DNA of 64,000 nt, taken from Pavona decussata (taxonomy: Eukaryota). Where the stretch lies: positions 682,001 to 746,000 of the forward strand of contig CDRNST010000339.1 of assembly GCA_977016875.1 (NCBI GenBank). The letters run 5' to 3'. Under the pieces are notes generated by a model that saw only the letters and a list, made by a program, of their open reading frames with translations, did not search any database and had not been told where the DNA came from. Every line of letters begins with the position of its first letter. The first letter of the stretch is position 1. A program made the position numbers and the translations under genes. Below are positions 1 through 12,337 of this stretch, in pieces.

Positions 1-94
1 TTTGTGCCGCTAGACTTAACTCTGCAGTGTATATTGGAGTGCTAAAGTGAACACATTTATTTTCCACTAAGCTTTGTAGCTTTAAGAAGAAAAT

Positions 95-270
95 GGGTGG
101 TCACACGGGGCAAAGAAAAAGAAATTCCACTTTGGCGGGAATAGAACCCAAGATGACCTCCGCCGGACTTGATCGTCCGTTGTTTCACCGTCTCAGAATT
201 ATGGTACGAGGTCAGAAAGGAGCAAGTAGTAAATGGGTGACTATGTTGGTAATTGCGGTAACGTGAATGT
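95..270 (-). mobile_element. Decayed tRNA-derived SINE-like repeat
   Basis: Minus-strand B-box-like GGTTCTATTCC near 137-147 followed by a T-rich tract; resembles tRNA-headed repeats common in anthozoans (recall, not a search). Confidence 0.35.
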
Positions 271-487
271 ACCGCTAGCATTAATGGCACAATTGCGAAT
301 GATGGATGAGAGAATTAACTCTGCGGTGTATCTTGAAGGGCAGAAACCAGCCTACGGCCACAGGTCGTCTGATCTTCCGCGACGAAATTCACTTCTCGAC
401 GCGCTAGCTGTAATTTTCATAGGCACTCTACAACCAAAAACTTGGCAATAAATTAAGATCTATGAAAATTGATCACATAAGTCATAT

Positions 488-925
488 CGAACAGTTTTCA
501 ATCAAGTGTCGTGAACCTAAACCAAAGTAATAGGCCATTTCCGAGTTGCTGTGAAACTTATTATGAAAGCGAGGCTAAGTGCAAAGCTTTTCACGTGAAA
601 ATTAGTTTTATTTGCATACGAATGAAAACTAATTTTCATAATAATAATTGAGCACTTAGCCTCATTTTCATGATGAGACTCAAAGGAACTCGGAAATGGC
701 CTATTGCTATGGCGCTGGCCGATTACTACAGACGCAAACGGCGTAATGAACGGCCAATCAGAACTTGAATTAGAAGCAAATACATGTAACCGGTGTAAAG
801 TGCGGGAAAACGCGTGCGAGGGTGAAGACACTATTGGAGCCAGATAGTTTTACTTTTGTCTCTCATTGGTCGAGAAAATTATTTATTTTAACGCGGTGCG
901 AATTTTGATAACCAAAGCAACCGAA
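488..925. mobile_element. Older CCAAT-rich MITE-like repeat interrupted by the 531-703 MITE
   Basis: Starts gaacagttttcaatcaagtgtcg...aaccaaagtaat and resumes after the insertion with ccaatcag...attgg...aaccaaagcaa; recognised as a common anthozoan repeat. Confidence 0.5.
531..703. mobile_element. Palindromic MITE, copy 1 (AGGCC termini, AT target duplication; ISL2EU-like)
   Basis: Terminal inverted repeats aataggccatttccgagtt / aactcggaaatggcctatt; the whole element is a near-palindrome; a second copy lies at 5408-5586. Confidence 0.9.
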
Positions 926-1901
926 GTCGGCCAGCAGATGAAGCCGGCTACCTTATGGTGTGAGGCCGTGTCGCCTGGTGACAAGTACCGAAGAGTGTTG
1001 AGATGTTGCGTTCTCAGACCAAAACGCAATGATAGGAATGCCAATAGAGAGATTTAAAATTACCTTTGCGGCAAACTGCAAACGATAGAAATGATCACGT
1101 GACCATGTTTATGCTACATTTGCCTCTCGCTATTTTAATAAAGTTTCTTGGCCTAGCAGGTTGGGGTTTAGTGCGCCTTTTGCTTTATATCCGCACGGAT
1201 ATTGAGTCGAGAGCAAAAGAAACGGAGTAGGGGAGGGGGTAGGAGAGATATGACCTCCCCCACCCCCTTAATCCTATATTCCGCTCTCGTCCTAATTTCC
1301 GAGCGTTCAAATGGCAGAAAAACGGAAAACGCGAAAAAAAATAATAAAAACGGACGGAAACGCAATTCATGATTCTTAATCTCCCAAATTGAACTACCAG
1401 TAACATTTAGTGAGATTGTAGCTGTTTAGGCAGAGAAGCGAAAAATTCTGAAATTGACAAAATGATCACGCACTTGAAAATGTTCCAGGGCTGTATATGT
1501 TTTTAGCCGTGGCTTTCAAATCGAGTCATAAATTGACGCGTCTGATCGATTTGGGCATCGTTACTTGAAGACTATATAGCGAAATTTGCTGGTTTTTTTT
1601 TTTTTTTTGTAAAAACTGAATTTAACGACTTAATCCAAAGTTAGAAGTTGTTAGTTAATGATAATAAAATGGTAGTTTTAATCATCCCACAAATCCGACG
1701 CATGTGCGCAATATGTTTTAGCTTGAAGAGGGCTTTAACAAAACGTTTGAGGTACTGATGTAATGCAAATCCTACAAAGCATTTAACCGGCAATAAAGAA
1801 ACATTTTAAGGCTTCACATTGTTGTTTCCCGGATCCAAGTAAATTATAAGGGCCTTCAGTTTGTTGCTAATCTGAAGAATTTTAATATGTTTTTTGCATA
1901 T

Positions 1902-2107
1902 GGGCCTTTTGCACTAACTGGTCACATGGTACAAAATCCGTCATACTGGATGGCAAAAGAATGTAGTAGATTCGAAAACAAAGGAATTCTAACCTGTCAA
2001 GATTGATTTTGCTTTGTTTTCAATGTCCCAGTAAAGAAGATGCCACGCTTTTTACCATCCAGTATGGTGGATTTTTTTACCACGTGACCAGTTAGTGCAA
2101 AAGGCCA
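1902..2107. mobile_element. Palindromic MITE with GGCC termini
   Basis: TIRs ggccttttgcactaactggtcacatggta / taccacgtgaccagttagtgcaaaaggcc, with inner inverted catactggatgg / ccatccagtatg. Confidence 0.88.
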
Positions 2108-2211
2108 ATTGGTGTTCAAAAAGTTAGAAAACCTCAGCCGCCAAACCAGAATTGTATTCGCGTGAAAATTAACACGAGTGTACGCTATCTTTTGTCGGCG
2201 CGTACCCTTGA

Positions 2212-2950
2212 GCATCCTAAAGAACGACGCTTATACCAAGGCCTTTTCCCCCCACTAGCTTACAGACGACCACCATCAGCTTACAGACGAGCCAAAAAAC
2301 TGAACGACCTGTTGGTCCATAGTTGCTAACCACCCGGCCACCTACGTCAAGAGGGCACCTATCCCTGCAGGCGAACCATCTGCAGTTTCGTGCTTTCAAC
2401 AATCCGTCCACCACAAGTACAACATCAGGTGAAATTATTAAGATCACGGGGAATTTACGCGCACCTACTGCAGAACCTAATCTACTGCATCTCGTGCCGT
2501 GAATGTCTTGCAGTGGTTTACATTGGAGAAACAAGACCCATATTGGCCGACGCTTCATAGCCCACGTAGCTGGCAGTTTCGTTAAGGTCTTGTGACCCAC
2601 CGCGGTGGCTCGAAAACGAGCGTGAGAACACAAAAACAAGCGGTGAAGCCGTAGGAAGACTGGGGAAGAGGGACGGAATAGGTTCTCCCTCGTTCCCATT
2701 CTTCTCGCGGCTTTCCTGCTCGTTCCGTAGCCGTCAGCGTGAAGACAAGCGCTACATCTTCCACCTTTGCACTTTGGATCAACCGTGATTTTGGATTGCT
2801 ACAGTTGGTCGGCCTGTACACTTGGAGCCACCTACGTGATCTCAGCGCGTGCACGGAACTTTATTTGCGTACAACTGCAAATAACGAACTCAACTGTGCT
2901 ATATTTTTTTGCACCCTGAAGAAGACAGCGTTGTCGAAATAAAGGTATTT
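2212..2950 (+). pseudogene. Decayed Penelope-like retroelement 3' part (Cys-rich linker, GIY-YIG endonuclease, terminal hammerhead-like motif)
   Basis: Frameshifted plus-strand peptides: ILKNDAYTKAF, PLAYRR..KKLNDLLVHS, GTYPCRRTIC (2354), NLIYCISCRECLAVVYIGETR (2474-2536) and KRYIFHLCTL/INRDF (~2750-2795). Interrupted by another repeat at ~2558-2735. CTGAAGA-stem-GAAA at 2916-2940. Confidence 0.82.
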
Positions 2951-2995
2951 TAGTTGACATTCTAGCGCTTAAATTATCAACTCCTTCTTATTTAA

Positions 2996-3253
2996 AGGCC
3001 CACCTTCACCCAAGAGTCATTGCAGTCGTTTGTTTTTGTTTTGAAATGCTGTATTGTCCAAACGCGTGATCTTATTAGCTGTACGAACTCAAGCGGTTCA
3101 TGCAGGTTTCCTCTACGACTCGTGCTGGAGGGAAAGAATATTCGTGATCGCTTATTGCTTTCTCACTCTACTCCCGCTCAAATAAAATGGTGGGGTTTTC
3201 ATATATGAAAACTGTTCCTCGGCGCGCAATACATCTTGGGTGAATGTGGGCCT
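2996..3253. mobile_element. MITE with TTAA target duplication and purine (AGG) termini, Kolobok-like
   Basis: TTAA|aggcccaccttcacccaaga ... tcttgggtgaatgtgggcct|TTAA. Confidence 0.85.
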
Positions 3254-3425
3254 TTAAAACAAGTCAACTACTTTACACTTGGGGATCGCGTCTTCGTTCA
3301 AGCTGCTCCTATTATCAATCAGGCCAAGTAGAAACCTCGACATTTTTAGAAAACAACTGGAAACATTTATTTTAGAAAAGCTTTTAACTTATGATTAGAA
3401 CTGAATGTAAAACGCTTTTTTGTAG

Positions 3426-3553
3426 NNNNNNNNNNNNNNNNNNNNNNNNNNNNNNNNNNNNNNNNNNNNNNNNNNNNNNNNNNNNNNNNNNNNNNNNNNN
3501 NNNNNNNNNNNNNNNNNNNNNNNNNNNNNNNNNNNNNNNNNNNNNNNNNNNNN
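3426..3553. other. Assembly gap (128 N)
   Basis: Run of N. Confidence 1.
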
Positions 3554-5407
3554 TAAGCTTAGGCTCTTAATTGACCAATTAGAGCGCGCGCTTTCCCTTA
3601 GTTGTTAATGACGTTAACCTTACGTCATAAAGGAAGACGCGCTCCGTAGAATTTGCTTTTAATGTTGGTCACGTCTGACGCTGTTGCAGTATCCACGACT
3701 GAAAAGAGAGACGCAAAGAGGGAGTCCAAAAGAGTAATTTAGGAGCAAGGTTAGTGAAGATGTACTTTAGTTATGCAAGACCTCAAATGTCGGTTTTAAA
3801 GGTTGAATTCTGGGATGCGATAATTTAGTGAACGCGACAATTTGGGCCGCAGAAAATTTGGTGTTAAGACAAATTTCAACACCTGAATAGGTCAAGGTAA
3901 AGGGAAGGAAATTTGCAATTGAGATTGATTCACAATTAAACCTAACCCAGGACAAAAGAAAATTAAGTTAATTAAGTTATAAAAACAAACCAAACGCCTT
4001 GAAAAGATCTGCAGTAAAATGTTAGGAGTTTACGTCGCTGCGCGTGCGCTCAGATAAAGGCATGGCAACACAAGATGACACACGTCATAGAAACAGCCAC
4101 GTGATCGCTTTATACAGTTACGAACTAGTAATTTCCTTTCATTGCGCATCAAAGTTTTGTGATTTGGATGGAATGATTTTTTCGCAGTGGTTCTGTTCAA
4201 GTGATGTAAGTAATCGGTTTCCAAGAGGTTCATAAATAAATCGAGTGAGTTTGATTTTCACGAAGTACTAAAACACTGTCTTCATTTTAATTGATCTTGA
4301 TAACAAACACGTTGTTTTAAGATTTCCTCATGGCCATTGATATGGCACAGTATAGTATTGATATGGTAGCACAGTATAGTAATTTTGGTGGAAATGTTTC
4401 CGCGCATGCATGCATTGTAGCATATAATAGCATATAATTTCTATTGGGATCTATTCTTGTTGTGTCGAAAAAATATTTACCAAAATTTAGTCAAAACGTT
4501 TCCGGCTAAACTGAACTAAATAAAGGCAGTGCAGGCACTAATCTAGAGAGGGGACAGCTTTCAGAGAACCTTAAAGCTTGACTTATTTTAACACTGGTTC
4601 TTTTACGGCATTTGAAACGTCGAAACTTTAGAACGGGTTAATTTATTTACCATTTGACATTGCAAGTGACTTTGAACTAAAGAACATTTGACATTTAAAG
4701 TGCATTTATCACACTCCACCATACGGGAAAACAAAAGATGGCAGTTGTTGATTTTACCACAATACCTTGCGAACCTAACAAAGCCAATAAGCATGTAGAA
4801 AGCCTTTTTTTGACAAAATCCGCCCTTGTACTTACACCATTGTGTCGGTTAGGTTTGAAGTTTTTAGAACTTTCCTTCGCGTTTTTATGTGCGTGTTAAG
4901 GGTTTTCGTACGCTACGAATTATGGAGAAGGTACCAGTCGACATCTTTTTGGGTAAACCACTGTTTTTGGAAAATCAGTACCCAGGAACTCGGCTAGAAA
5001 TATCGCGCAATTTCTAATGCGGATAGTGTCACGCTCGGTAAGTTAAAAATGGGTATTTCCACCCTATGTGAAATTATGGCTAATTCACTTTTTCGATCAA
5101 TGTTCCTTGCTGTCTGTTTCATATTCCATCTACGCCGGCTTATTTCACAAAATCCACAGGAAAATTGTGATGCTTTCGTACTAGTATCTGGTTCATTGTC
5201 CTTCTTTTTTTTCCCCTTCTTGGAATTATTATGGTGCTAGTGGAGGTGGAAGGTGGCGGGCAGTCGTCCAGAAATATGATCCATAGAATTGTTGCAACCG
5301 ACAGTAGCGATCGCGTTCGTTTTTGAGTGTTAAGTAAATGCGGATATTTTCTTAACAATCTATGGTGATGCGTCAGTGAGGAAGCGAAAATGAATGTGCA
5401 ATTCATT

Positions 5408-5586
5408 AATAGGCCATTTCCGAGTTGCTCTGAACCTCATTATGAAAGCGAGACTAAGTGCAAAGCTTTTTATATGAAAATTAGTTTTTGTTTGCATATG
5501 AATGAAAACTTATTTTCATAATAATAACTTTGCACTTCGGCATCGCTTTCATAATGAGGTTGAAAGCAACTCGGAAATGGCCTATT
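5408..5586. mobile_element. Palindromic MITE, copy 2 (same family as 531-703)
   Basis: aataggccatttccgagttgct ... agcaactcggaaatggcctatt; colinear with copy 1. Confidence 0.9.
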
Positions 5587-5780
5587 GAGTTGATGAGGTA
5601 AACTGGTCAGCGTAAAGAGCTACATACAAAACGCTGACATTTCGAGCATTAGCCCTAGAGCGATTCAATTCGCTCTGACGAAGGGCTTACGCTCGAAACG
5701 TCAGATCAGTACTCGAATCTCTTTATAATCTAATTAATTATAATGGCCAAATTATCTTACCATCTCTGCCGATAAAGCCA
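5587..5780. mobile_element. Penelope-type inverted terminal repeat remnant with a minimal hammerhead motif
   Basis: Inverted pair ctgacatttcgagcattagccct / agggcttacgctcgaaacgtcag; core CTGACGA-agggcttacgctc-GAAAC-GTC at 5675-5702. Confidence 0.7.
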
Positions 5781-7096
5781 CATATTAGATAAAAAAATCT
5801 GTCTGCTATGTTTAAATCAATCGGCCCAAGGTATTTTTGAGAAAAAAATTGAAGCCACCCACTATGTTTGATCGAAAGTTACGCGTAGGCCAACCGACCT
5901 ACCACGCCTCCAAGCCGGGCAAACAGACGCACGGCGTGATTTAATTAAACTGGCGAACTAATTTAATTAATGAAAACTTATTTCACTGTTTATACTTATA
6001 TTTAGTTGCATTGTATATTTACAAAACCACCTCCACTAAACTAACAAGAAACTCACTTTTTACAATTAAGGATGCCAACATAAAACGGTCATCGCCACGG
6101 CAACAAAGACTAACATTGAAAGAAAAGCAGATTATGTCTTGAGTCTTCTTCGTTATTTTTTTTTTTTAAGTATCTTGTCTTGTCAAAATGGTTTGGATTT
6201 TTTCGATATCTTGTAATTAATTTGCTGGTTTTTTTTTTTTTCTGTTTTTTTTTTTTGTTTTGTTGTTCATACCATCACTGTGAATTGCTCACAAAAAAGG
6301 ATACAGTCGAACCCCCCTCCCATAAATCCGCCACTGACGCAGACGTAAAAAATAGGAAAAACCTATTGTAGCATTTCCGAGGGATTACCGGGGCCGGATC
6401 TGGTTTGGTAAACGTCTTGCAAAGCCGTTCGGTCAGGAAAAAATATCGGGAACAGCATAACAAAACAAAGAAATAACTTGCACTTGCCAACTGTCTTGGA
6501 TTTGGGGGGCACTTTAACCGCAATTCATTTGCAAAAATCTCAGCAACGCATTGTTAATGTCGCGTGAGACAAAAAATGCTTTGCTGTTTTTTTTTTCAGT
6601 ACAGACGCATACTAAGTAGCTATAAGGATTTTCAGCGCGATGTTATCTTAAGGTCTTTGTTTGAAGTATAATTAATTACGCTACTTAGCGATCGATTCCC
6701 GTCTATGATTGGCTAAACTAGAGTACTTGCAATATTTTGAGAATTCGTACAATAGTCGGCAAGAAAGAGTCGAAACGGCTAAAATCCGTTAGTCGCTTAA
6801 CCTTAGGGGATAGTGAATCGCTAAATTAAGTTGTTTCGCAAAATAGAACTTCACTCATTGTTCATGGGGGAGAAAAATTTGTCTCTATATTAATACGTAT
6901 ATTTAATACTCTTGAGTAAGCGTGTTTATTTTGGCTAATACAAATGTGTCAAACGATTTATCATTAAGCAGAATAGATCACGTAAATTATATTATCCTCT
7001 GCCTTCATCAGATCAATGTATTATAACTGATCATTTCAAAAATAGTTCAACATGCTATGCTATTCGCAGTCAATTGAGTTTCTCGACTGAAACAAT

Positions 7097-7431
7097 AGTA
7101 GTGGAAGGTTCCTATCAAGGGAAAGTGGTTCGTTACATCGCGCTAGGGAATGTTTCAAGTCGAGGTTCTGTCTCATACATTAAAATAATGGACCCTGATT
7201 GGGCCATGTTTGCTGCAGACAACTGGAACAGTAGAGGAAAAAATATTACGTAATGAATAAATTAATTGAAAGAAATTACAATTTGTTACTACCGGATGAA
7301 GAACAAAAAGATACTAAACCGAAACTTCAATGTGGTCTGCCCCAGGGCATCCTGCGTAAAAAGTCGTGCTGGAGAATATCGTTCGTTATACCGAGGTTAA
7401 ATAGAGGTTCGTTAAATCGCGGTTCCACTGT
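7097..7431. mobile_element. Decayed Tc1/mariner-type MITE remnant
   Basis: Right end gttaaatcgcggttccactg|TA; degenerate left end tagtggaa; repeated ttcgtta motifs. Confidence 0.4.
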
Positions 7432-8690
7432 AGTAGCCACTTGGCAAATTGCCTTAGTTTATAGTAAGAAAGTCCGGAAGGACATGATTATCCTGGCAGG
7501 TTTTAATTAGGTTTATTTTTTACGCGGAACAATCTTGATACAGATTAAAATTAAATCATCTCGACAGCTCGCTTGCGCTCAAGATGTTTGAGGAAGGTCG
7601 TCTGGGTTGTTTGTGTAATAAAGACATATTTTTGTAGAGAATGTTCCCTTAAACGAAAATACTGTTTCCAGTGTTTTGGGGTCAATTTTAACTTGTTTCG
7701 TGATTCAGATAAACTTTATACAGACGCCTGAACCACATAATCATATCCACAGTGTTTTAGTATAAATAGATATTTGTTTTGTCTGAAGTTAAATTCGTCT
7801 TCTTGCAATATTTAACTTGGCAATGCGTTGTTCTGTAGTGGGAGACAAAAATAATAGTCTTTTGTTTAGGCAGAGATGCTAAATAAGATTGAAAAAATAA
7901 AGTGTCATTGAACAAAGCAACAAGGAAAATATCGTTCTTTTTCCCTGCCAGGGTGCCATGTTGCGGGTTACCACTAGTTTTCGTCTGAGGCGAAAAACTT
8001 AGTTTGAACAAAGAGGCTCCCTGAGTTTGTTTTCAGCAACCTTTTCCATATTTCTTCTTGTCCTTATTTTGTTTAGTTTCTGTAGCATTACAATTTTTAA
8101 ACAGTCCAGACTCCGTTCACGGTTTTTATTTTAACTTTTTAATCTCATAAGAAGTACTTTTGTCTTCGTGATAACAAACATGTCTAAATCGACTGATCCT
8201 TTTACCCATGAGAACATGCAAATTAAATTATTTTTTACCTCCTTCATACAGCTCAATATATACCATTTAATACTTATCGCATATTTTAGCAGTACATAGA
8301 TTTTTAAAAAAAATACCAAACTGACAATAGCTGTAGGAAGATAGCCATAAATTATATATAGCGACGAAGTCGGGAAAGAAATATGTATTATCCCGGCTTT
8401 TCGGAACTTACCAGAACGAGATTAAAACATGACCTCGGTCAAGAAGGTGTAACTCTAGAAATATTTCGGGTTATCTTTGATGATGACGAGGGACTGTCTA
8501 AACTGGGAAGTGTATTTTTCAAAATTATTTTACTCTTGTGTTTTCGGGTTTTCTATATATAGTTCTTCTCGTCATATCAAACTTAAATTTTCGTTTTTCT
8601 CACTAATTAACTACTTTGGCCCTGCATTCTCCCGTATAATGGATAATGTAATTTCTAGAACTTTTTTCTGTTTGAAACGAACGGTTTTAA

Positions 8691-9038
8691 GGACGGTGCC
8701 TAGTAATATCGAAGTATTTTTGTGCGGTTTATGACTATACGGGAAAAGCAGATCTTAGGAAGGCCTTTTGGAATCCAAAACGAAAATTGGGGGTAGCCAC
8801 CCATTTTTCAGAGATAATTAAGCAATAATATCTCCAAAAAGCGCCAAAATATAAGGCAATGTATGGGATTTTTTCCTAAATTGAAGCTTAATTATCTCTG
8901 AAAAATGCATGGTTACCCCCAATTTTCTTTCGAGATACCAAAAGCGTTTGCCAAGTTCTGCTTTCTCCGCATAGTTTTAAACCGCGCAAAAATATTCCTG
9001 TATTAGCAGGCACCACCCATAGGAAACCCGAGTATCTC

Positions 9039-9083
<45 letters not shown>
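8691..9083. mobile_element. MITE with GG..CC termini and TTAA-like target, Kolobok-like
   Basis: TTAA|ggacggtgcctagta ... tagtaggcaccgtcc|TTTA; large internal inverted repeat (gaaaattgggggtagcca...agagataattaagc / gcttaattatctct...tggttacccccaattttc). Confidence 0.88.
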
Positions 9084-9085
<2 letters not shown>

Positions 9086-9479
9086 TATATCTAGCTTAAG
9101 CTTTAAATTTGACTCGCAGTTTCATAATGGAAAGCAGATTTATCAATGCGTTCCTTAAAGAATTAAATTTATACGAGATTGTGGGAAAAAAAAGAGCGAA
9201 GAACAATTAACATGTAATCAGATATAATCAATCTAAAGTTAAGTATTCAATCTTTGAGTTTAAAAGTAATGTTCATGCAACTGTATGCGAACGCAAAGTT
9301 AATAAGTCTAAACCTCACTGGGATTATATTACAAAATTCAAATAAAAAAAGAAAAACGAAGAGGATTCTGGCAGTTGCAGTAAAATAACGTCATCGTGAA
9401 AATCGCCTTTTGGAATAGAAAGATGAAATTTTATCGGTCATTGCTATTGATAAATCCTGGTTTACGAGGTATCGGCCTG

Positions 9480-9600
9480 GGCCCAGTTCTGTGTTCGAAG
9501 CATGGTTAGCGCTAACCTGGGTTAAATACCATAACAACCTATAGGTTTTAATACTTCTTAACCAATGGTTAGCGCTAACCATGCTTCGAGCAACTCAGCC
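9480..9600. mobile_element. Short PIF/Harbinger-like MITE with CTG target duplication
   Basis: CTG|ggcccagtt..tcgaagcatggttagcgctaacc ... ggttagcgctaaccatgcttcgagcaactcagcc|CTG. Confidence 0.8.
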
Positions 9601-10130
9601 CTGAAGTACAAGGATTAAAGCATTTTGTCTACGTTTTTCCTTGTTACCCTTGTATTTCAAAGACCTTGAATCTTGAGAATGTGCTTGATATGTGTCGTTA
9701 AGGAAACCCTGCAGGACTTCTGAGTGATAATGCAAATTTAATTGGTGGCGGATACATTCTCAGACCAGAAGCAAGTTCATGACCTTCTGCGATCGCCTTT
9801 GATGTCTATACACATATCTATACTGAGGAGATTGATAATGCCCAGCTGGGTGATCAATGACCCACCCTATTGGTTTTGGTAAAACGATAGTTGAACTGTG
9901 ACAATATCTTTAAGTTTTGGAGAAATCAAAGAAAATGACAGAAAAAATACTAAACGATTACCGAGCATTTGTTAAGCACGAGAGTTAAAGGAAAAAAAGG
10001 AAGAAAGAGACAAAGAGAAAACACATACACAAAAAACAAAACAAAACAAAAAGAGACTGGGCGCTGGTCCGGGCAGTACGAAGCATGGGTGTAAAAGATG
10101 AACTTGGTGCAACACGCGCATGGGCTCAAC

Positions 10131-10558
10131 ACAATACAATACAAACTACATTTTAATGCAATACAATACAATGCAATGCAATGTAATACAATGAACCCCC
10201 AAGGCAATCATTGCAATACAATGCAGTGCAATGCAATACAATGAAACAATACAATACAATGCAATACGATGCAATACAATACAGTGCAATGCAATGTAAT
10301 GTAATACAATGAAACACACTACAATGCAATGCAATGCAATGTAATGCAATCAGGAGCCGATGATGCAATACAATGCAGTGAAACACAATACAGTACAATA
10401 CAATGAAACGGTACAATGCAATGTAATGCAATTAATTGCCACGCAATACAATGAAACACAGTACAATGCAATACGATGCAATGTAATGCAGTGCAATACA
10501 ATGTAATACAATAGAATGAAACAGTACAATGCAAATGTAATACAATACAATACAATAC
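10131..10558 (+). repeat. Degenerate pentanucleotide satellite (CAATA/CAATG)n
   Basis: About 430 bp of caata/caatg/taatg/cagtg units. Confidence 0.97.
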
Positions 10559-12337
10559 TTACTCAGTGTGTATAACGTCCTAACTCGCATATGGCATTTT
10601 GTACATGAATTGATGACTTTCTGATTTTCAGGGTGAAGGATCAAGTACTTTGTACTGTGTACATTAATCAAATTATGGCTTACTGTACATAAACGTTAAT
10701 CTGGCCTTTTTTCTTCTCAGTTTCAATGTGTCCCACCCAACGTCTTTTTGAATCATATCCGTAACACTCGCGCACCGGCTTTAATGCAGTGAATAAAAAC
10801 GTGCTGCTTTGCGTTGGGCCCTTTCTATAGCGCAGCAACATCTGTTCCTGTTCCAAGCCGACACCACAGAAAAGTTGGTCCTTCTTAGAAGGAGTATTCA
10901 CAACAGTTGCATTTTGCAGATTTTATTCGTAATTTCTAATCATGATTTGCTCTGGGTGACTTGCGTTTTGTTAGTTTGAAAATCTTGTTAAACTTTAACC
11001 CATTTAGTCCAAAAACTCTTTAGTAACAATCCACAAGAGATAAGCATTCTTTTCTTTGTTCAAGGGCTGGTCATTTTAGACAACGTTTTAGCTGCACACC
11101 TCTTTTATTAAGGGCTGCCACTCCTGGAGGCTCTCTTTTGAACCGTTTCGATTGCCGTTATACCTACCCTTGAGCAAATATGGAACTGCATTTTCTAGAA
11201 CTAATTAAACTCAGTTTATACAAAGTGGAAAATACGTGCTGGTTTCCATGGACAACCAACTGTACACAAATAGCAACGTACAATATTTGTTTTTTGGTAT
11301 ATGACGAAATCCAAAATGAAACTACATCTTCCTTGGAAAATCATGCTTGCCGTCATGGACTTGCAAGTCAGATTTCCCATACAAGTAAAACAAAAACACG
11401 ATCGAGGCTTTTCCTTCGGGTAGAAAAACACAGATGGTGGGAGGGGGGGGGGGGGAGGGGGTGGGTAACCCATTTTTCGTGCAAACTTTTCTACACTTCT
11501 TAGCCCTGCAGCATTATTGTGACGATTTCAAGCACAATGGTAGGCGAGAGGAACTTATTTATTTCTAACATGTTTGGACAATTAAGTTGATTTAGAGTAT
11601 TAGCAATAGTATCTTTAAAACTGAGAAAAAACGGATATGATGACAAAACTACTTTTATGTCCAAACTCCTGCAAAAACGTCTGCACAATTATTTTATTTT
11701 AACATTCTTGATCATGAACTCGAATGGTCGAGGTTGGGTAGAGGGTACTAATATAGTAAGCATTCAAGACATTTCGCGTTTCCACACTTGCAGTCGTCCG
11801 AATAACTGCTGGGTTTCTTTCCCGTTGACAAACTCCATCTGATGATGTATTCTGTGCTCTTTATCCAAAAAAGAAAACGCCAAACAAGAAATTGTAAGTA
11901 ATATGGGCACTGCATATTTCACTAAGCGAAGTAGTAGTTTCTGCTCAACTGAATGCAAGATCTGAGCTTTTTAAAAATTTTTAAAAATTTTTTAAAATTT
12001 AACTCTGTCGATTATTGATACACTGCAGCACGAGAAATGGCAAGATTATTTCCAAATTGACAATGTCGAGTCACAGTTTAGAATTTTAGCTGAAGGAAAG
12101 GACAGTGAACTCAACCGTAACACAACTGATTATATATTATCAGAAACCCATCAGAGCAGAAACGTGTACGTCCCATATTTTTTTTCTTTTGCAAAAAGTG
12201 TGCGAATATTCAATCTCGTATGTACCATGTTTGGAAAATGGATAAATTAATAAACCAATCAAATAGCTTTATTATTGTGACGTAGTTTTTACGCGATTGT
12301 TCAGGCTTTGTTTAAAATGTCAGGTTTTCCAAATAAG

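Noticed and set aside
2217-2699. 160-aa minus-strand ORF, the longest in the track
   Set aside because: Antisense shadow of the plus-strand Penelope relic, running across an inserted repeat; no recognisable domain
9950-10671. Cys/His/Leu-rich ORFs on the minus strand
   Set aside because: Translation artefacts of the (YATTG)n pentamer repeat, open in all frames
11968-12002. A/T-tract palindrome
   Set aside because: Low-complexity (TTTTTAAAAA)n slippage product
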